A stretch of DNA of 64,000 nt. It comes from Vicugna vicugna (lineage: Eukaryota). The notes beneath the pieces are model-generated. The model was not told the DNA's origin and did no database searches. It saw nothing but the letters and a program-made list of their open reading frames with translations. Shown piece by piece: positions 39,593-52,600 of the stretch (its first letter is position 1; each line of letters begins with the position of its first letter). Both the position numbers and the translations under genes were made by a program. The stretch spans positions 124,001 to 188,000 of the forward strand of contig MU058790.1 of NCBI GenBank assembly GCA_013265495.1. Reading direction: 5' to 3'.

Positions 39593-40428
39593 CTCTGGCT
39601 TTTTGAGATTCCATGGTATTGCGTGAGTCTAGTTCATTACAGACATCATTGTTGGTGAAGTTTATCTGTGATATTTGCTAACCTCATCACTGCTAGCGTT
39701 GCACCTTTTGTTTTGCCAAGCCTAATTACATTTTCTGCTCATAAAATAAAGGATGAAGAAATGGGAGAAAATGCTACATTGAGGTCTCTTTTAATCTCTT
39801 ATGCAAATGTAGGTGAATGAGTATGGAGGCTCTACATCAGCCCATTTATCTCTGTTTCTTCTCTAATCACAGAGCTGAATTGCAGCTCGCCCTTACAGCA
39901 GCTCAAAGATGATTTTCTGAGACGGCTTGCTTCTCATGTGGGATTTTTGGGGAAGGATTAACTATTCTAGAGATTGTACAGTCTCGCGGGGCACTGCGAA
40001 TTTCTCCAGCACATTAATTTTAAATTCTAATTTAATCATAGTTTTATTAGTGAGACCAACAGTGAGCTACATCAAACAATATCCCCCTCTCCAAAATAAT
40101 TGGAGGTTGGAAGAACAATTTGCCTGCTCTTTGAGAGTTAAATTAGTAAAATTCAAGTTCTGTGAATGTTATTCACCTGCGTTTGTAATACAAGGGACTG
40201 TATGTATATGTGAGACTAAATGGTTTAGAAACATCCAGAATTTACACTAGTGACCTGGGTGTAATTTCAAGAGTATGATTGTATTTTATAAAGTAGAAAC
40301 CTATCAAAAAATGGCTATATATATATGTATATATATACACATATATATATTTTTTGGTGTGCTGGTCACTGTACCTATAGTATCTCACTTAACCTTTCTT
40401 TATACCCTGTAATATATCAGATATATGT

Positions 40429-40919
40429 GTGTCAGTTATCTACTGCCATAATAATGTTGCATAACAAGCAATCACAAAAATCTCAGTAGGACATGACAGT
40501 AAGCATATATTGCTCATGTGTCTAGGTCACCTGGGTGCTAGCTAGACTGTTTTGCTGATCTTGGCTGGAATTATTCCCATGTCTTGGGCTTACCTGGATA
40601 CTGGCTGATCTAGGCTAACCTTGTTCGGAGTAACTGATGTGCCTGGGCTCTGTTTCACGTTTCCCATCCTCCGGCAGGCTACCCACTCATGTCCTCAAGG
40701 CAGCAGTGGAGGTACAAGAAAGAACACGTGGAAATCCACAGGCCTCTTGAGGCCTAGACTCATAATTGGCAAATCGTCACTTCCACCTTATTCTGTTGGC
40801 CAAAGCAGTCCACAGGGTCATGCTCAGAATCAGAGTGGGAGGGCCCTACGAAGTGATATGACAAAAGGCATGGTGTAGGGAGGGGTCAAGAATAGGGGCT
40901 GGGTTTGCAATCAGTTACA
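40429..40919 (-). mobile_element. MaLR (MLT1-type) LTR
   Basis: 'gtcagttatctactgcca..ataatgttgcataacaa...ggcctcttgaggcctag...ttctgttggccaaagca'. Confidence 0.7.
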
Positions 40920-43399
40920 GGGAGGAAAAATTCAGAGACATTAAATTACTTGTTCAGATCACATTACTTATAAGAGGTGAAGCCAAGACTCAAAAATAAC
41001 TTTGATGCCAAAGCTTAACACTCTTTCCTTTATATGACATTGCTCTTCTACTTTTTATTGTACCCTGTTTAGAGAAAAACTGTATCAAGAGAAGGTGTAT
41101 GTTCAGCCTGTAAGATAAAGAATTATCTTTGTACATTAAGGTACAAGTGAGATTTTATTTTACTTTATTGTTTACAAGTGAAATTTTAATACACATAGGT
41201 CTATATACATATTTTTCTATTTGCTCAACTTAAAGCATTTTATGTTTTTAATTATTATTAGTGTTCTCTTATCTCTCTATATGAAGCAAGTAAAATATTT
41301 CTATTTTAAACTTAAAAATGCATTCAATTTGTAATCCAAGGAATCTTTTAAACGAAGATAAAAGCAGATTGCTTGCTGCCCCATTTACTCTGGGGCTGTT
41401 CTCTAAAGAATGGGGCTTGCTAAAGCATTTCCCTTACTTATGACATTTCCAAAGTTACACCAAGTGAACCGGGCCTCTATTCAGAATGAATTTGCTGATG
41501 CCATAAGTGTTTTGAGTTTACCCTCCAGGTTTTCACACATTTTCCACATCCCTGGCGAGTTTTGCCAGCAATTGGTAAAAACTCCCAACACTGTCCCAGG
41601 GAAGAGGTTACCTGTGATGTTTCCAGCCTGATCATCTGACCCGCCAGGTTAGATCAGCTCAGTTGTGGGGATGGATGCAGTTGACTGTCAAAGCCTAATG
41701 CCATTAAACGTTTGAATTGCAGAACGAATTCTGTTTCTCCTGATCTCATGGTCAGCAATCAGCCTTATGATTCTCCATGTTCATTGCCTTCAGGGAGAGA
41801 ATAACCTGGCCAGGCTGTCTGGTCTGCCTGAAAGTTCTATTTCTCATTGTAAATTACTAAGCCGCCACTCTGGCTTTAAACACTTATGAGTGTTGGGAAG
41901 TGAGTCAGCATCCAGCACCTTGAAGCCTGATAAATGCAGAGACACTGATAAGATCAGTTATCCGAGCTCGTGCTGTTCACTGCCAGGCCTGATGCTGATG
42001 ATTCACCAAAGTGAATTAATACCAGCGAGTGTTTATTAATCATTTTCTGCACACCAGGAACTGTGCAGTTCTGTTTCCATGATCTCATTTAGTCCTCAAC
42101 AACTTTGTGAGGTAGTACTTTTATTTCCATTTTACAAATAGGAAGACTGAAGTACAGATGGAAAAACTTGCCCCAAATCAAATGGCTGCTTTGGCAGAGC
42201 CCCCTGGTTGCCACCCAGTATCCTTTCTCACCTTCTCCCTTAGTGACAGAATCCAGTTTTATTCCTGGTGGCGATGCCTCCACCGAACAGCCTCTGTTAC
42301 CCAGCATCTCTTGTACCACGGTTTGATCCTGTGACTGAATTGTGCCAGTGAGCTGGAATTGTATTGTGTGGGATTTCTAGGAAGCCTGCCTAAAGAGAGT
42401 TGGCTTGTCTGGAAGGAGGGCCCTTTTCTTCTTCCCGTTCCTCTAGCTGCTAGCCTGGATGCGGGCATGATAGTGAGAGCCATCTTGGGCCATGGAGTGA
42501 TCTCTTGGATGTACGTTAGCACTGAGGTTGTTAGAACAGAAAAGTGGAAGAAGGAATCTGGGCTTGTGATGGTCCCATGCAGCCACTGCTTTCCGAACAT
42601 ATTAATGTTTTAGTGTTCTCTTAGCAGAGAAGAAAGGCAGTGATGGCTATTGGGGAGGCAGTGGAGAGTGTTTACAAGCTATGTGCCAAATCCCTAATAT
42701 TTGAGCTGTGATAGACACAAGTCTTCACGTTCTACCTCAGCCACTTACTGTATGTATTGGGCACATCTTGTGTCCTGCTGTACATCCGTTCTGCCCATCT
42801 TTTAGTCAAGTCATTGATCCAGTAACCAGTTTCATGAGGTGTAACCAGATAGGACCTTGCCTTAGCCTCACAGTGACTATTTCACCTTCCACCCCAGGAC
42901 TTCTTTGATATTTCAACACAGAGGCCTGTTGGAACTGCCTAGCACCCACTTGTGTATTATGGAATGTGAGGATGTTAAAGGCCCAAGAGTCAATCCTTGA
43001 CTAATGTGGGTTGGGAGCCAAAGATAAATGCTCCCTTCTCCCATCCTTGAACAGATAATTCGGAACTGCATTTTAGTATTTGCCTCTAAGAGGTTCTCAG
43101 GGGATCTAAGCAAGATCAATTGCCTACAGTTGTGGCCAACTCAAAAATATACTTCTGTATTGATTTTGTCTCTTTTCTGGTTCCCTTTCCCAAATTCCCA
43201 AATTCTGTTTTCTGAAATCAATTCTCCAAATAAATTATTTGGACGCAAACCCTGGCCTCAGGCTCTCTGTTTCAGAGAGAGCTCAGGTTAAGGCATTATA
43301 TAACCTTGAATTAAGCTGTACTGAAAAAACTTTGGCACTTGCTGACACTTTTATGCCCCTTATATGACGAAGCAGTGTACTATCTTTAGTGTACAAAGA

Positions 43400-44125
43400 T
43401 GAGAATACATTATGAAATCTGATAGCATCAAGTATTGGTGTGTACACGAATCAGTAGGAATTGACATACCTTGTTGATGGGAGTGCAAATTTGGGAGAAT
43501 CATTTTGGAAAATAAAAGTTGGCACTATCTTGTGAGGTTGAACACACATATACTCTATGACCCAGCAGTTTTATTTTTAGGTATAACCCCCAGAGAAATT
43601 CTTCTGTATGTCAACCAGGGCCTCTCCTTTGGAATGTCCTTAGCAACGTGGTTTATAATATGAAAGTACTAGAATAACCTAATTGTTCACTGATGGGAAA
43701 AGAGACGAGTTTAGAATTTTGATATAATTTCACCATAGAATAAAAGTGAATGGACCACTGTTACATGCGAGAACATAGATGCATATTAGAAACAAAACGT
43801 TGAATGAAAAACTAAGTTACCAAAGACTTCATACAGTTGGGCATAATTTTTATAAAGTGCAAAAACAGTATTAAACTGTACCTTGGAAGGAATCATACAA
43901 ACATGATAGACTATAAAGGAAGGTAAATCCCATATTCTAAGCTAGTGCTTTCCTCTGATGGGGAGACAGGGATGGGCTAAGGTAGGAACATGCAGTGGAG
44001 GCACTGGCATTAGTGATGTTCTGGGTGTTGACAGTTCACTGAGGCTCTGTTATCATGCCTTATACTTTATGTAAAAGTGATGTTGATTATTTTGTATATA
44101 TACAGATATCGTTTAATAATTTTTG
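43400..44125 (+). mobile_element. Old L1ME-type 3' remnant
   Basis: 'ttgttgatgggagtgcaaattt...cattttggaaaa...ctatgacccagcagttt...taggtata'. Confidence 0.65.
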
Positions 44126-44672
44126 GAAAACGAAACTACCGCCAACAAAGATGCTGTGCTCACAAAGCATGGCCTTGGTGAAAGTCTACTCCAGTCCTCA
44201 CTCTGAGCTAATGGCTCTCAGACTCAATATTCTTCATCATGTGATGTATTTTTTCCCTTTGTGTTCCCAAGTATATTGTATAATTAGAACGACAGGGCAC
44301 AAGATTCCTCTTCCTTATGGCCCTTGGGGGTTACGTCCTCTATTATATTTAGAAGAGAACAGTTTGTTGTGTCCTTTGCTCCTGAGTCCACTTGCCTCTG
44401 GTTCCTACGTGTCCTGAGGCTCTTCACTGTTCTCTGCTGTACGGCACCCAGCTTTCATTTTACTGCTGCTCTCAGCAGTGCACTCATGGGCTACAATCTC
44501 CTTTGTTTCTGTGAGGGGTGTGTGTGTGTGTGTTGGGAGGTAGTATAATGGTGAGGAGTGGTGACGCTCTTAATGTGACATTTCTCTCTATAGTTTCAGA
44601 CCTACTCCTTGCTTTCTTTGGCAGTGGTACCATACAAAGCTGTAAGGTTGTACCAGATTTTAAACTTGAGGC

Positions 44673-45190
44673 CAGGGTTTATAACTTTTAGAATATTTTT
44701 GTGCCATGGAGCTTTTGATGAAGCCAGTGGCCTCCTTATCAGAATATTGATTTAAATTCATAAAATCAAACACATTGGATTACAAAGGAAACAAACTATT
44801 AAAATATACTTATCAGAATATTAAAAAAGATTGTGATATAATAACATATGTACTTATTTATTAACTTACCAGACAACAAGATCTAGTGGTGGGTCTAACG
44901 ACTGCCCAAATTTTAAAGGAGTAATGAGCATAAAGGATATTTCACAGTATCTGCAGTAACTTAACTGTAAGGTGACATGCAAAAGATCTGTGATTTCTAT
45001 TGGTGACAAAGTCACAGGTGTTCATTCCTATTGTGGTTTGTTGCTGACACCCATATTTGAAGGAAATACTAAATTTTACATAGAGATTAGTGAACATAAG
45101 GATGTAATTTTTTTTCCCATCCAAGTTCACGAACCCTCTAAATTCTATCCATATACCCTTGGGGGACCATAGACCGCAGGATGAGAGATT
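44673..45190 (+). mobile_element. MER119-like hAT-Charlie element
   Basis: 'tttttgtgccatgga...ggattacaaaggaaac...tttttttcccatccaagttcacg.accc'. Confidence 0.7.
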
Positions 45191-46009
45191 TGCTGTAAGC
45201 AAAATAAAGGAAATTACCACCGATGAAGGAATAATTTAAATTGAATACCCAATATTATCTAAACCACTGTCCGCAAGAAAAGCACTTAACTCCAGCCCTT
45301 CATGCTCCAGCCCACAAGTGCATCCCAAGTCCCGTTGGAATCTTACAGACCTTCTTTTTGAGAGGACCTTACTCTTCAATGCCCTGCAGACGGGTCTCCA
45401 TACTTCCTTTAGAAAGTCCTGCCTCTTCCTCAGAGGAGTTGGTCTTAGCTTGGGATTCATCCGTCTCCCTTCTCCACTCTGTTTTCCCCACTAAGGATTG
45501 CCCACCTTCGCATCCCTCTGTAGTGACTCCCCCACAACAGTGAAGGGTGGGCTTTGGCTCCCTGAGTCTCTTCTCCTTCCAGGCCTTTCCACTCTGGTGA
45601 GTTGTAGTGAGCAGGACACCCACATCCATCCTGACTCGCCAGGAAACACACTTATTCTCAGTGACAACTCAGTCTTAAAACAGAAGGAAAAAGAGACATT
45701 TCTCTGACTGCCCATTAATTAAAAGGCTGCGCAAGTGTATAGTGGAGCCTGTACTGTACAATTATTATGCAGATCGAGGAGAGTTCCTTACTCATCCCTC
45801 CGCTCCTCTCAAACAGGCTCATTACTGAGCCATAGACCTTTTAATGTCTGTTTGCTGAACTTCACAAACACCTGGCTCTGGTTGAAAATTTCTGTTTGAG
45901 CCTGATTGGATACTTTGATAGTGTCTTTGGTATCCCCCACCATGCCTACTAATTGACTGATTCGTTGACTGATTTGATATTTTAACAATTTTGTCAGAAT
46001 CTGTAATGA

Positions 46010-46800
46010 TTTTTAATAGACATTATTTTGGGGGACAGTTTTGCTTTACAGGAAAATTGTAAAGCTAGTACAGAGTTCCCATACACTTAGACCCAGTTTC
46101 TCCTATTACTACTGTCTTATATCAGTATGGTCTATTTGTTACAGTTAATGAACCAGTATTGATATGTTGTCATTAACTAAAGGCTGTACTTTATTTGGAT
46201 TTCCTTAATTTTTGCATAGTGTCCTTTTCTTGTTCGAGGATTCCATCCAGGATCCCATCCAGGATCCCATGTTCCATTTAGTCATTATGTCTCCTTAGTC
46301 TCCTCTGGACTGTGACAGTTTCTGCGACCTCTTGATTATGATGGTCTTAACAGTTTTGAGGAGTACTGATCAGGTGTTTAATTGGATGTTCCTCAACTGG
46401 GATTTGTCTGACGTCTTTCTCATGAATAGACTGGGGTTATGTGTTTTGGAGATGAAGGCTGTAAAGGTTGGGCACTTTCTCACCACATCATATCAAGAGT
46501 GTATACTGTCAACATGGTGTACCACTGTTGATATTGACCTTGATCGCCAGCCTGAGATAGCGTTTGTCAGGTTTCTCCACTGTAAAGTTACTTTTTTCCC
46601 CTTTTACTGTACTGTCTTCCTAGAAAAGAAGTCACTATGTGCAGCCCATGCTTAAGATAATGGGGGGTTCTGCTCCATCTCCTTGAGGGTGAGGCATCTA
46701 TATAAGTTATTCAGAATTCTTCTGCATGGGAAAATTCTCTCTTCTCTCCCATTTATTAACTTATTCAGTCATTTATTTAGATCCGTGTGGACTCAGGGTA
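46010..46800 (-). mobile_element. L1MC-type 3' remnant
   Basis: 'tacagagttcccata...gttacagttaatgaaccagtattgata...aggattccatccaggat...gtcaggtttctccactgtaaagttact'. Confidence 0.75.
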
Positions 46801-46984
46801 ATGAATTTTTACTCAAATAATCCCAATCTTATTTGTGGCCAGTAGCATGAATGTTTGTACCTAACTAGGGCTAGCCCAATGGTTTCTAAGCCCCCAAAAG
46901 GATAAAACCAATGGTTACACATGGATTTTGTCTCACTATTTGTCTGTCTTTCCATTTTTTGGTCAAATTTTTGGTTTAATTTCT

Positions 46985-47771
46985 TTCTTTTTTTATAATT
47001 TTTTTCCAGTTTTATTATGTAGAATTACTATAGTTTGACTGCACATACACATATTGCATGTAAATACATATAAACAGTATACTGCACTTTTTTTAGTTTT
47101 CATATATGTACATATTGTTTCTAAGAACAGATTAGATCTTTAGTTTTTTACACTTACATAGTTATCAAAGGAATAAAGCTAACTACAAAATAAACAACAG
47201 AATGTGGTAATCCAATCATAAAGGACAGTCAGATGTGCTTACACATATTCAAGAAATCAAAATAATAATTAGTTCATTTGTGTCATTATTGTTATTTTTT
47301 AGATTCCTCATATAAATGATGTCATATGGCATTTTTCTTTCTCTTGCTCACTTCACTTAGAATGACAATCTTCAGGTCCATCCATATTGCTGCAAATAGC
47401 ATTATTTTATTTTTTATGGCTGAGTAGTATTCCATTGTACATATGTACCACATCTTTATCCAGTCATCTGTTGATAGACATTTGGGTTGTTTCCATGTCT
47501 TGGCTATCGTAAATAGTGCTGCTATGAACATTGGGGTGCATATGTCTTTTTGTATTTTATTTTTCTCTGAATATATGCCCAGGAGTGGGATTGCTGGATC
47601 ATGTGGTAAATCTATTTTCAGTTTTTTAAGGAACCTCCATACTGTCTTCCATAGTGGCTGTACCAGTCTACATTCCCACCAGCAGTGTAGGAGGGTCCCC
47701 TTTTCTCCACACCCTCTCCAGCATCTATCATTTGTAGACTTTTCAATGATGGCCATTCTGGCTGGTGTGAA
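46985..47771 (-). mobile_element. TSD-bounded chimeric retro-insertion: L1 ORF2 end (47271-47771) plus ~270 bp non-L1 sequence plus poly(A)
   Basis: 20-bp direct repeat aaatttttggtttaatttct at 46965-46984 and 47772-47791. The ORF-track peptide at 47322-47756 is the L1 ORF2 C-terminus ([18 protein letters not shown]). Confidence 0.85.
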
Positions 47772-48204
47772 AAATTTTTGGTTTAATTTCTAACCAAGAG
47801 AATAATTCAAGAACATGGTAAAAAAAAAATTAAACCATCAAAGAGCACACAGTGAAAACCGGGACTACTTTCCATCCCATATCCTTGTATTTTTCTCAGA
47901 GGCATCTCCTGTTAACGGTTACTAGTATTTTCCCAGGGATTTTCAATGCATATTTTAGCATATATCTATGATTTAGCTTCTTTAGACTCTAAGGCAGTGG
48001 GTCAGGAGAGGGGGATAGCAGGATAATGAAAGAGGAAATAAGAAAGGGGAGGGCAGGAGCAGACCAAAGGCAGTTAGGTCAGTTGTAGAAGTCTTAACCC
48101 AATCATTGTATTTGCTTGGAAAACAATTCATTTTTCTAAGAATTTTTTTTTCTGATGTAGTTTTGCCCCATTTGTGCGTTTTAACCCCTGATTATCAAAG
48201 CATT

Positions 48205-49193
48205 ATGGCTCTATCGGTTGTTTCTTAGTTGAAAACCATCAAGTCCTCTCTGCTGAGTTTAAGCAGAAGAATTTATTTGAAGGTATTAGGTGGTATGGTG
48301 TTTCTGGCCCCAGTTCTCCCCACCTCTACCCATGCCTTTTGGACGTGTGACTTTGTAGCTCTTCTCACTAAAGGAGATGCTTCTGTATCCCTTGATTCTG
48401 ACCAATGAAATGTTAGTAGGTATGATGCATGTAGAGGCTTGAAAGAAACATTTGCACATTTATACTTTGGGTTTTGCTCCTCGGCCTTGGCATGTCAAGA
48501 GAAGATGTCAAGTTTTGCCTCATGGAGGACAAGAGACATGTGATGCACAGCCGAGTCATTCCAGTTGTCTCAGAGCTATCCTAGATTGGATCTAACCAGT
48601 TGACCCCAGACATATGGGTGAGCTGAAGTGCAACTGACCACAGGATACATAAGCAAGCCCAGTCCAGCCCATCTAAACCCTGCAGATTCATGAGCTAAAT
48701 AAATGCTTATTTTTGTATGTCACTAAAAATTTTTGCATTGTTATACAGCATTATTGTGGCAATAAATAACTGATACAGTAGTTGATAGAATCCCTAGGAG
48801 GGCCAGAGAACCTGGTTGAGATGTTACTGTTGGCCAGAAGGACAGCCAACTACACCCAGAACGTTTCTAGCAGGAACTTCTACTGCCTTGTAGCATTCAG
48901 CACCTGTGATGCTGGAGAATAGAAAGAGCCTTCACCAGTGTTCTTTGGAGGAACCAAAGGCCTCCAACCTGTTGCTTTCAAGAATCACTGCTATCCCTCA
49001 TCAGTTTTACTTCCTCATTCCAGTCCTCCTGTGGACTCATATCTGACTGGTAGAATCTAAATCACACGTGGAACCTTAGCTGCAATGGAGTCTGGAAAAT
49101 GTGTTTTTTTAGTTTTCTAGCTTCTGCAGTGCAAGAATACATGCTAGAAGGGATTTGGAATAAACGTGAATGAGTCATTCCAGCATCTGCCAC
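48205..49193. mobile_element. Nested MaLR LTRs: a + strand MLT1 (~48290-48777) inside an older - strand MLT1
   Basis: Inner element ends 'ttgttatacagcattattgtggcaataaataactgataca'. Outer element resumes and ends 'cagcatctgccaca'. Confidence 0.6.
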
Positions 49194-49566
49194 AGAGGTA
49201 TAGAGAAAAGAACTCCACATCCTGATCCCCTGATTGTCTGCGGTCTCTGCATGGGGACAGTCAAGGTTTGACACTCCCAGGACTTGAAATCCTGAGAGGA
49301 AGAGCCCTGGACCCTCTAATTGCTCTACACCGGACTTGCTATGGTAGTCTTAGCTCCAAGAAAGCCGTTTGGTTCTGATAGTTTTGACTGAACGCATTCT
49401 CTGCCTTTTCATACTTTGGCATCTGGCAGAGGGAGCAGCATGTGAATAATTGCAGGTGAAATAACACTTTAATTACATTGGACACTGTACACAAGGAGTT
49501 TGACCTCAGTCACTTTCCCTGTAGTAAGTGAAAAGTCACAAGCAAAGGCATATAGAAAAGCATAGT

Positions 49567-49694
49567 GGGGAGGGCATAGCTCAGTGGTAGAGCACGAGCT
49601 TAGCATGCATGAGGTGCTGGGTTCAATCCCCAGTACCTCCATTAAAAAAATTATAAAAATAAATAAACCTCATTAACCACCCCCTCCCCCGAAA
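49567..49694 (+). mobile_element. tRNA-derived SINE (camelid Vic-1 type)
   Basis: A box 'tagctcagtgg', B box 'ggttcaatccc', A-rich tail, imperfect TSD agaaaagcatagt / agaaaagcgtatt. Confidence 0.9.
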
Positions 49695-52600
49695 AGAAAA
49701 GCGTATTCATGCTCTCATGTGGAGAAGATGTAAAGGAAGAAATTCATCCCTGTCTCTCTGCATACCCTGTATGCATATGCCAATTCCTTTGACCTAAGTA
49801 TCACAAATACCTCGAGGGTGACAGTGCTGGGCTGATGGCGTTTAAGCTCACCCTGGCCCTCCAGCCTCACTCCTACCACAAGCTAGAATGGCCCTTTGAA
49901 GTGTGTGGTCTGGGTCACCAGGCACTAACTGACTGATAGAAGACATTTCCACTAAATGGAAAGGCTTTTTTGGTGTAGGTGTATTTATTTGTAGAGTGCC
50001 ACTTGTGAGATTGGCCACACGAAACCTTTGTTTGTTCTCTTTTTTTTCCTCTGAAGACCTTGTTCCAACTAAATATTTGCTGAAACATTTTGGTGACCTT
50101 TTTGTGTTTTAATTTAATAGGCAAAACCATGCTGTTGCTAACAGTACAAATACTGAAAAATAGTGCATTTGTGCAGTATTTTAAGGGGGACATTTTAGTA
50201 CATCTGGGTGAAAAGCGAAGAAGTTAGCTGCAGAGCCAGTACCTGGATCCTTGACTGATTACCAATAAAAGTAGGAGTAAATCCATTGGAATATATATAT
50301 GCTTCAGAAGAGCATATAGTCTATAAAAATTCCCAACTATGGCGACATAACCAGGACATTTCCTTTGGGGATCAAAATATATTGTGGTCTTGCCAAGATG
50401 CTACTTGGCCCACATAACTTTGTACATTCAGTCATTTAGTTTAATATCCCTTGGGTATTGTTGGAGAACCTAAGTATGGAATAATGATCTACTCAGCTAA
50501 CTAGGAGTTTGTGGTGGGCACTGATTGTTATTTTTTGAAGTAAATTTCCTTGTGTGTTACCAAAACTATTTGTGACAAGGTCTGAAACTTCTGTTCACAA
50601 AGGTACCAGACTTGAATCAAGGCTTAGGCCAGAAAAAAGCTACCCCTACAGTCTGGCCCTACGTACAGTACTCACTGGGTCTCCCGCTGCTCCCCTCCCT
50701 ATGGAATCTTCTCCCCCAGCCAACTGGTATAATCGCTCACTGATGATACAGTCCTGTCTTTGCCTCTATCTTTTGACCTGCCTAGAGGACCTCCCTGGCC
50801 CTCTCTGTGCATCTGTGATCTACTGTATAAGGCCTGGCCTGGGTTAGAGCAATGTGAAGCTCAGCTGTGAATCCAGAATTCTCCTGGTTTGCTCAGTCCT
50901 TGCCCACCACTCCTGCCTCTGAACTTCTAACACATCTATACTTTTGGCCTCTAGGCTAAGCCTTCTTGCCTCCAAGATGTCTACTCACAGCTAAAATGTT
51001 AGCCTCTAGAGGGTACAAATGGACTGGCTTGTAATTCTGTGTATCCTCTGCCCCTACCTTAGTGCCATACAGATGCAGTCAGTCCTCAGTTGAGGGGATG
51101 TGATGCCTGGAACCCGCAGCACACAGCTGCAGAGTTTGGGTAGCAAAATTCCTTGCATTTCCCTAGAACTTTCTGCACTGGCATTTCCGACTTCTGACTT
51201 AACTCTCTTTTAAAAAAGGCTCACATGATTCCTGTATTGCTTCTCTCCAGTAATGGAGGGGAAAGGTCTTTGTCTCCCTGGTCTTCTGTCCCAAATACCT
51301 CTTTATGTTTTATGTGTATGAGGTACCAAAGGAATGAGGCCTTCCGCCTGTGGGCTTGGCTGATTATCTCATTTAATCTTCACAACAGCCATTAATATCC
51401 CTGTTTGGAGGTGAGGAAACTGAGGCACGGAGAAGTTCAAGTAACCTAAATTCACAAGTGATATAAGTGGAGGAGGCAGGATTCACACCAGGACTTTCTG
51501 GCTCCCAGGTCTGCACTGTTAACGTCTCCACCTCACTGCCTTTCCTGATGCCCGCTTGGTGTCCATTACATGACCTGTAAACCCCAGAGTTTCCTGAGTT
51601 AGAAAGTTTAAGCAGATGAAAAGGATTGCTAATCCAGAAACACCTTCTGTTTTTCTCACTGTGAGACTAAGAGTCCCAGAGCATCCTCTTGGTGGAAGAA
51701 TTAAATGGGAGGAATTTAAGCATGATACTCCTCTAAGGCCACAAGATACAGAACTTCAGAAACATCCCTGTCTTTGGGATGAAATCTGGTCTGTAAGTAA
51801 AGGCAGAGCCAGGATGTGAATCCACAGCAAGTAGAGGTTGGAATTCTGCTGTTGTCATTTATTGCTTAGAACGTGAGCGTGTTACTTTACCTCTTACCTG
51901 GCATTTAGTAAATACTGAGTAAGTGTTAGCTATTATTTCTATACCACAGTGTTTCCTTAGCTCTTTCTCCTCCCTTATGACAAAGCACAGTGTAACTAGC
52001 TTTTATGTCGGTTGGAAAGCTGCCTGCCTCCACCTCATTGAATTCAATAAACATGTTTGTAAATAAGAGAAGGAACAGTGATGATGGAAAAATGGATACC
52101 CAAGAAGCCTACATGGTCAGGGTGACTTTGTTTCTTTTGTTAACATAATGACAAGTTGGAAGGAAGAGGAGTGAGTCATGCTGACAATGAAGTGCTACCA
52201 GTTTAGGATTTGTTTTAATTTATTATTTTATGACTGTTGCTTGTTTCCTGTTGCTTTTCATTTCTTATCCATTGGGGGGACAACAATCCTTTTGTGGCTT
52301 TGTGAGTTTCATAGCTGAGACATCCACTTCAAAACACATTAGCCAAACCTTTCCTCTTCCCCACCACCTCATCAGTCATCTCAGACACCAAAAATGAAAT
52401 TTCCAAAATTTTTCAGAAGTATTGGATGTGCAAAAATGTTGGCATGGGCTTTCTCTTTGGGGATTAGTTCCTGGGAAGGTTCAACATGGGGTTATTACAG
52501 GGAGGGTGAATGTTAGGGATGTTTGTGGCATTGTCACTTCCCTTCTCTTAAAGTGATGTTGGGTGGAGAGCCTCTGAGATAAAGGACTTAGCAGCTGATG

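Noticed and set aside
39840..44650. Acceptor-like sites at ~39872 and ~44593 as candidates for exon 2
   Set aside because: No coherent reading frame or strong paired donor. Such motifs are common in introns.
31370..46790. Inverted homology between ~31370-31640 and ~46510-46790
   Set aside because: Two independent, heavily diverged L1MC-type fragments with no sign of homogenisation.
47322..47756. 144-aa ORF with a Cys-rich motif
   Set aside because: It is the L1 ORF2 C-terminal fragment, not a host gene. The same applies to the ORFs at 24304-25081 and 61847-62348.
49567..49640. tRNA-like sequence with A and B boxes
   Set aside because: It has an A-rich tail, TSDs and a diverged second copy at 14087-14189, so it is a SINE rather than a tRNA gene.
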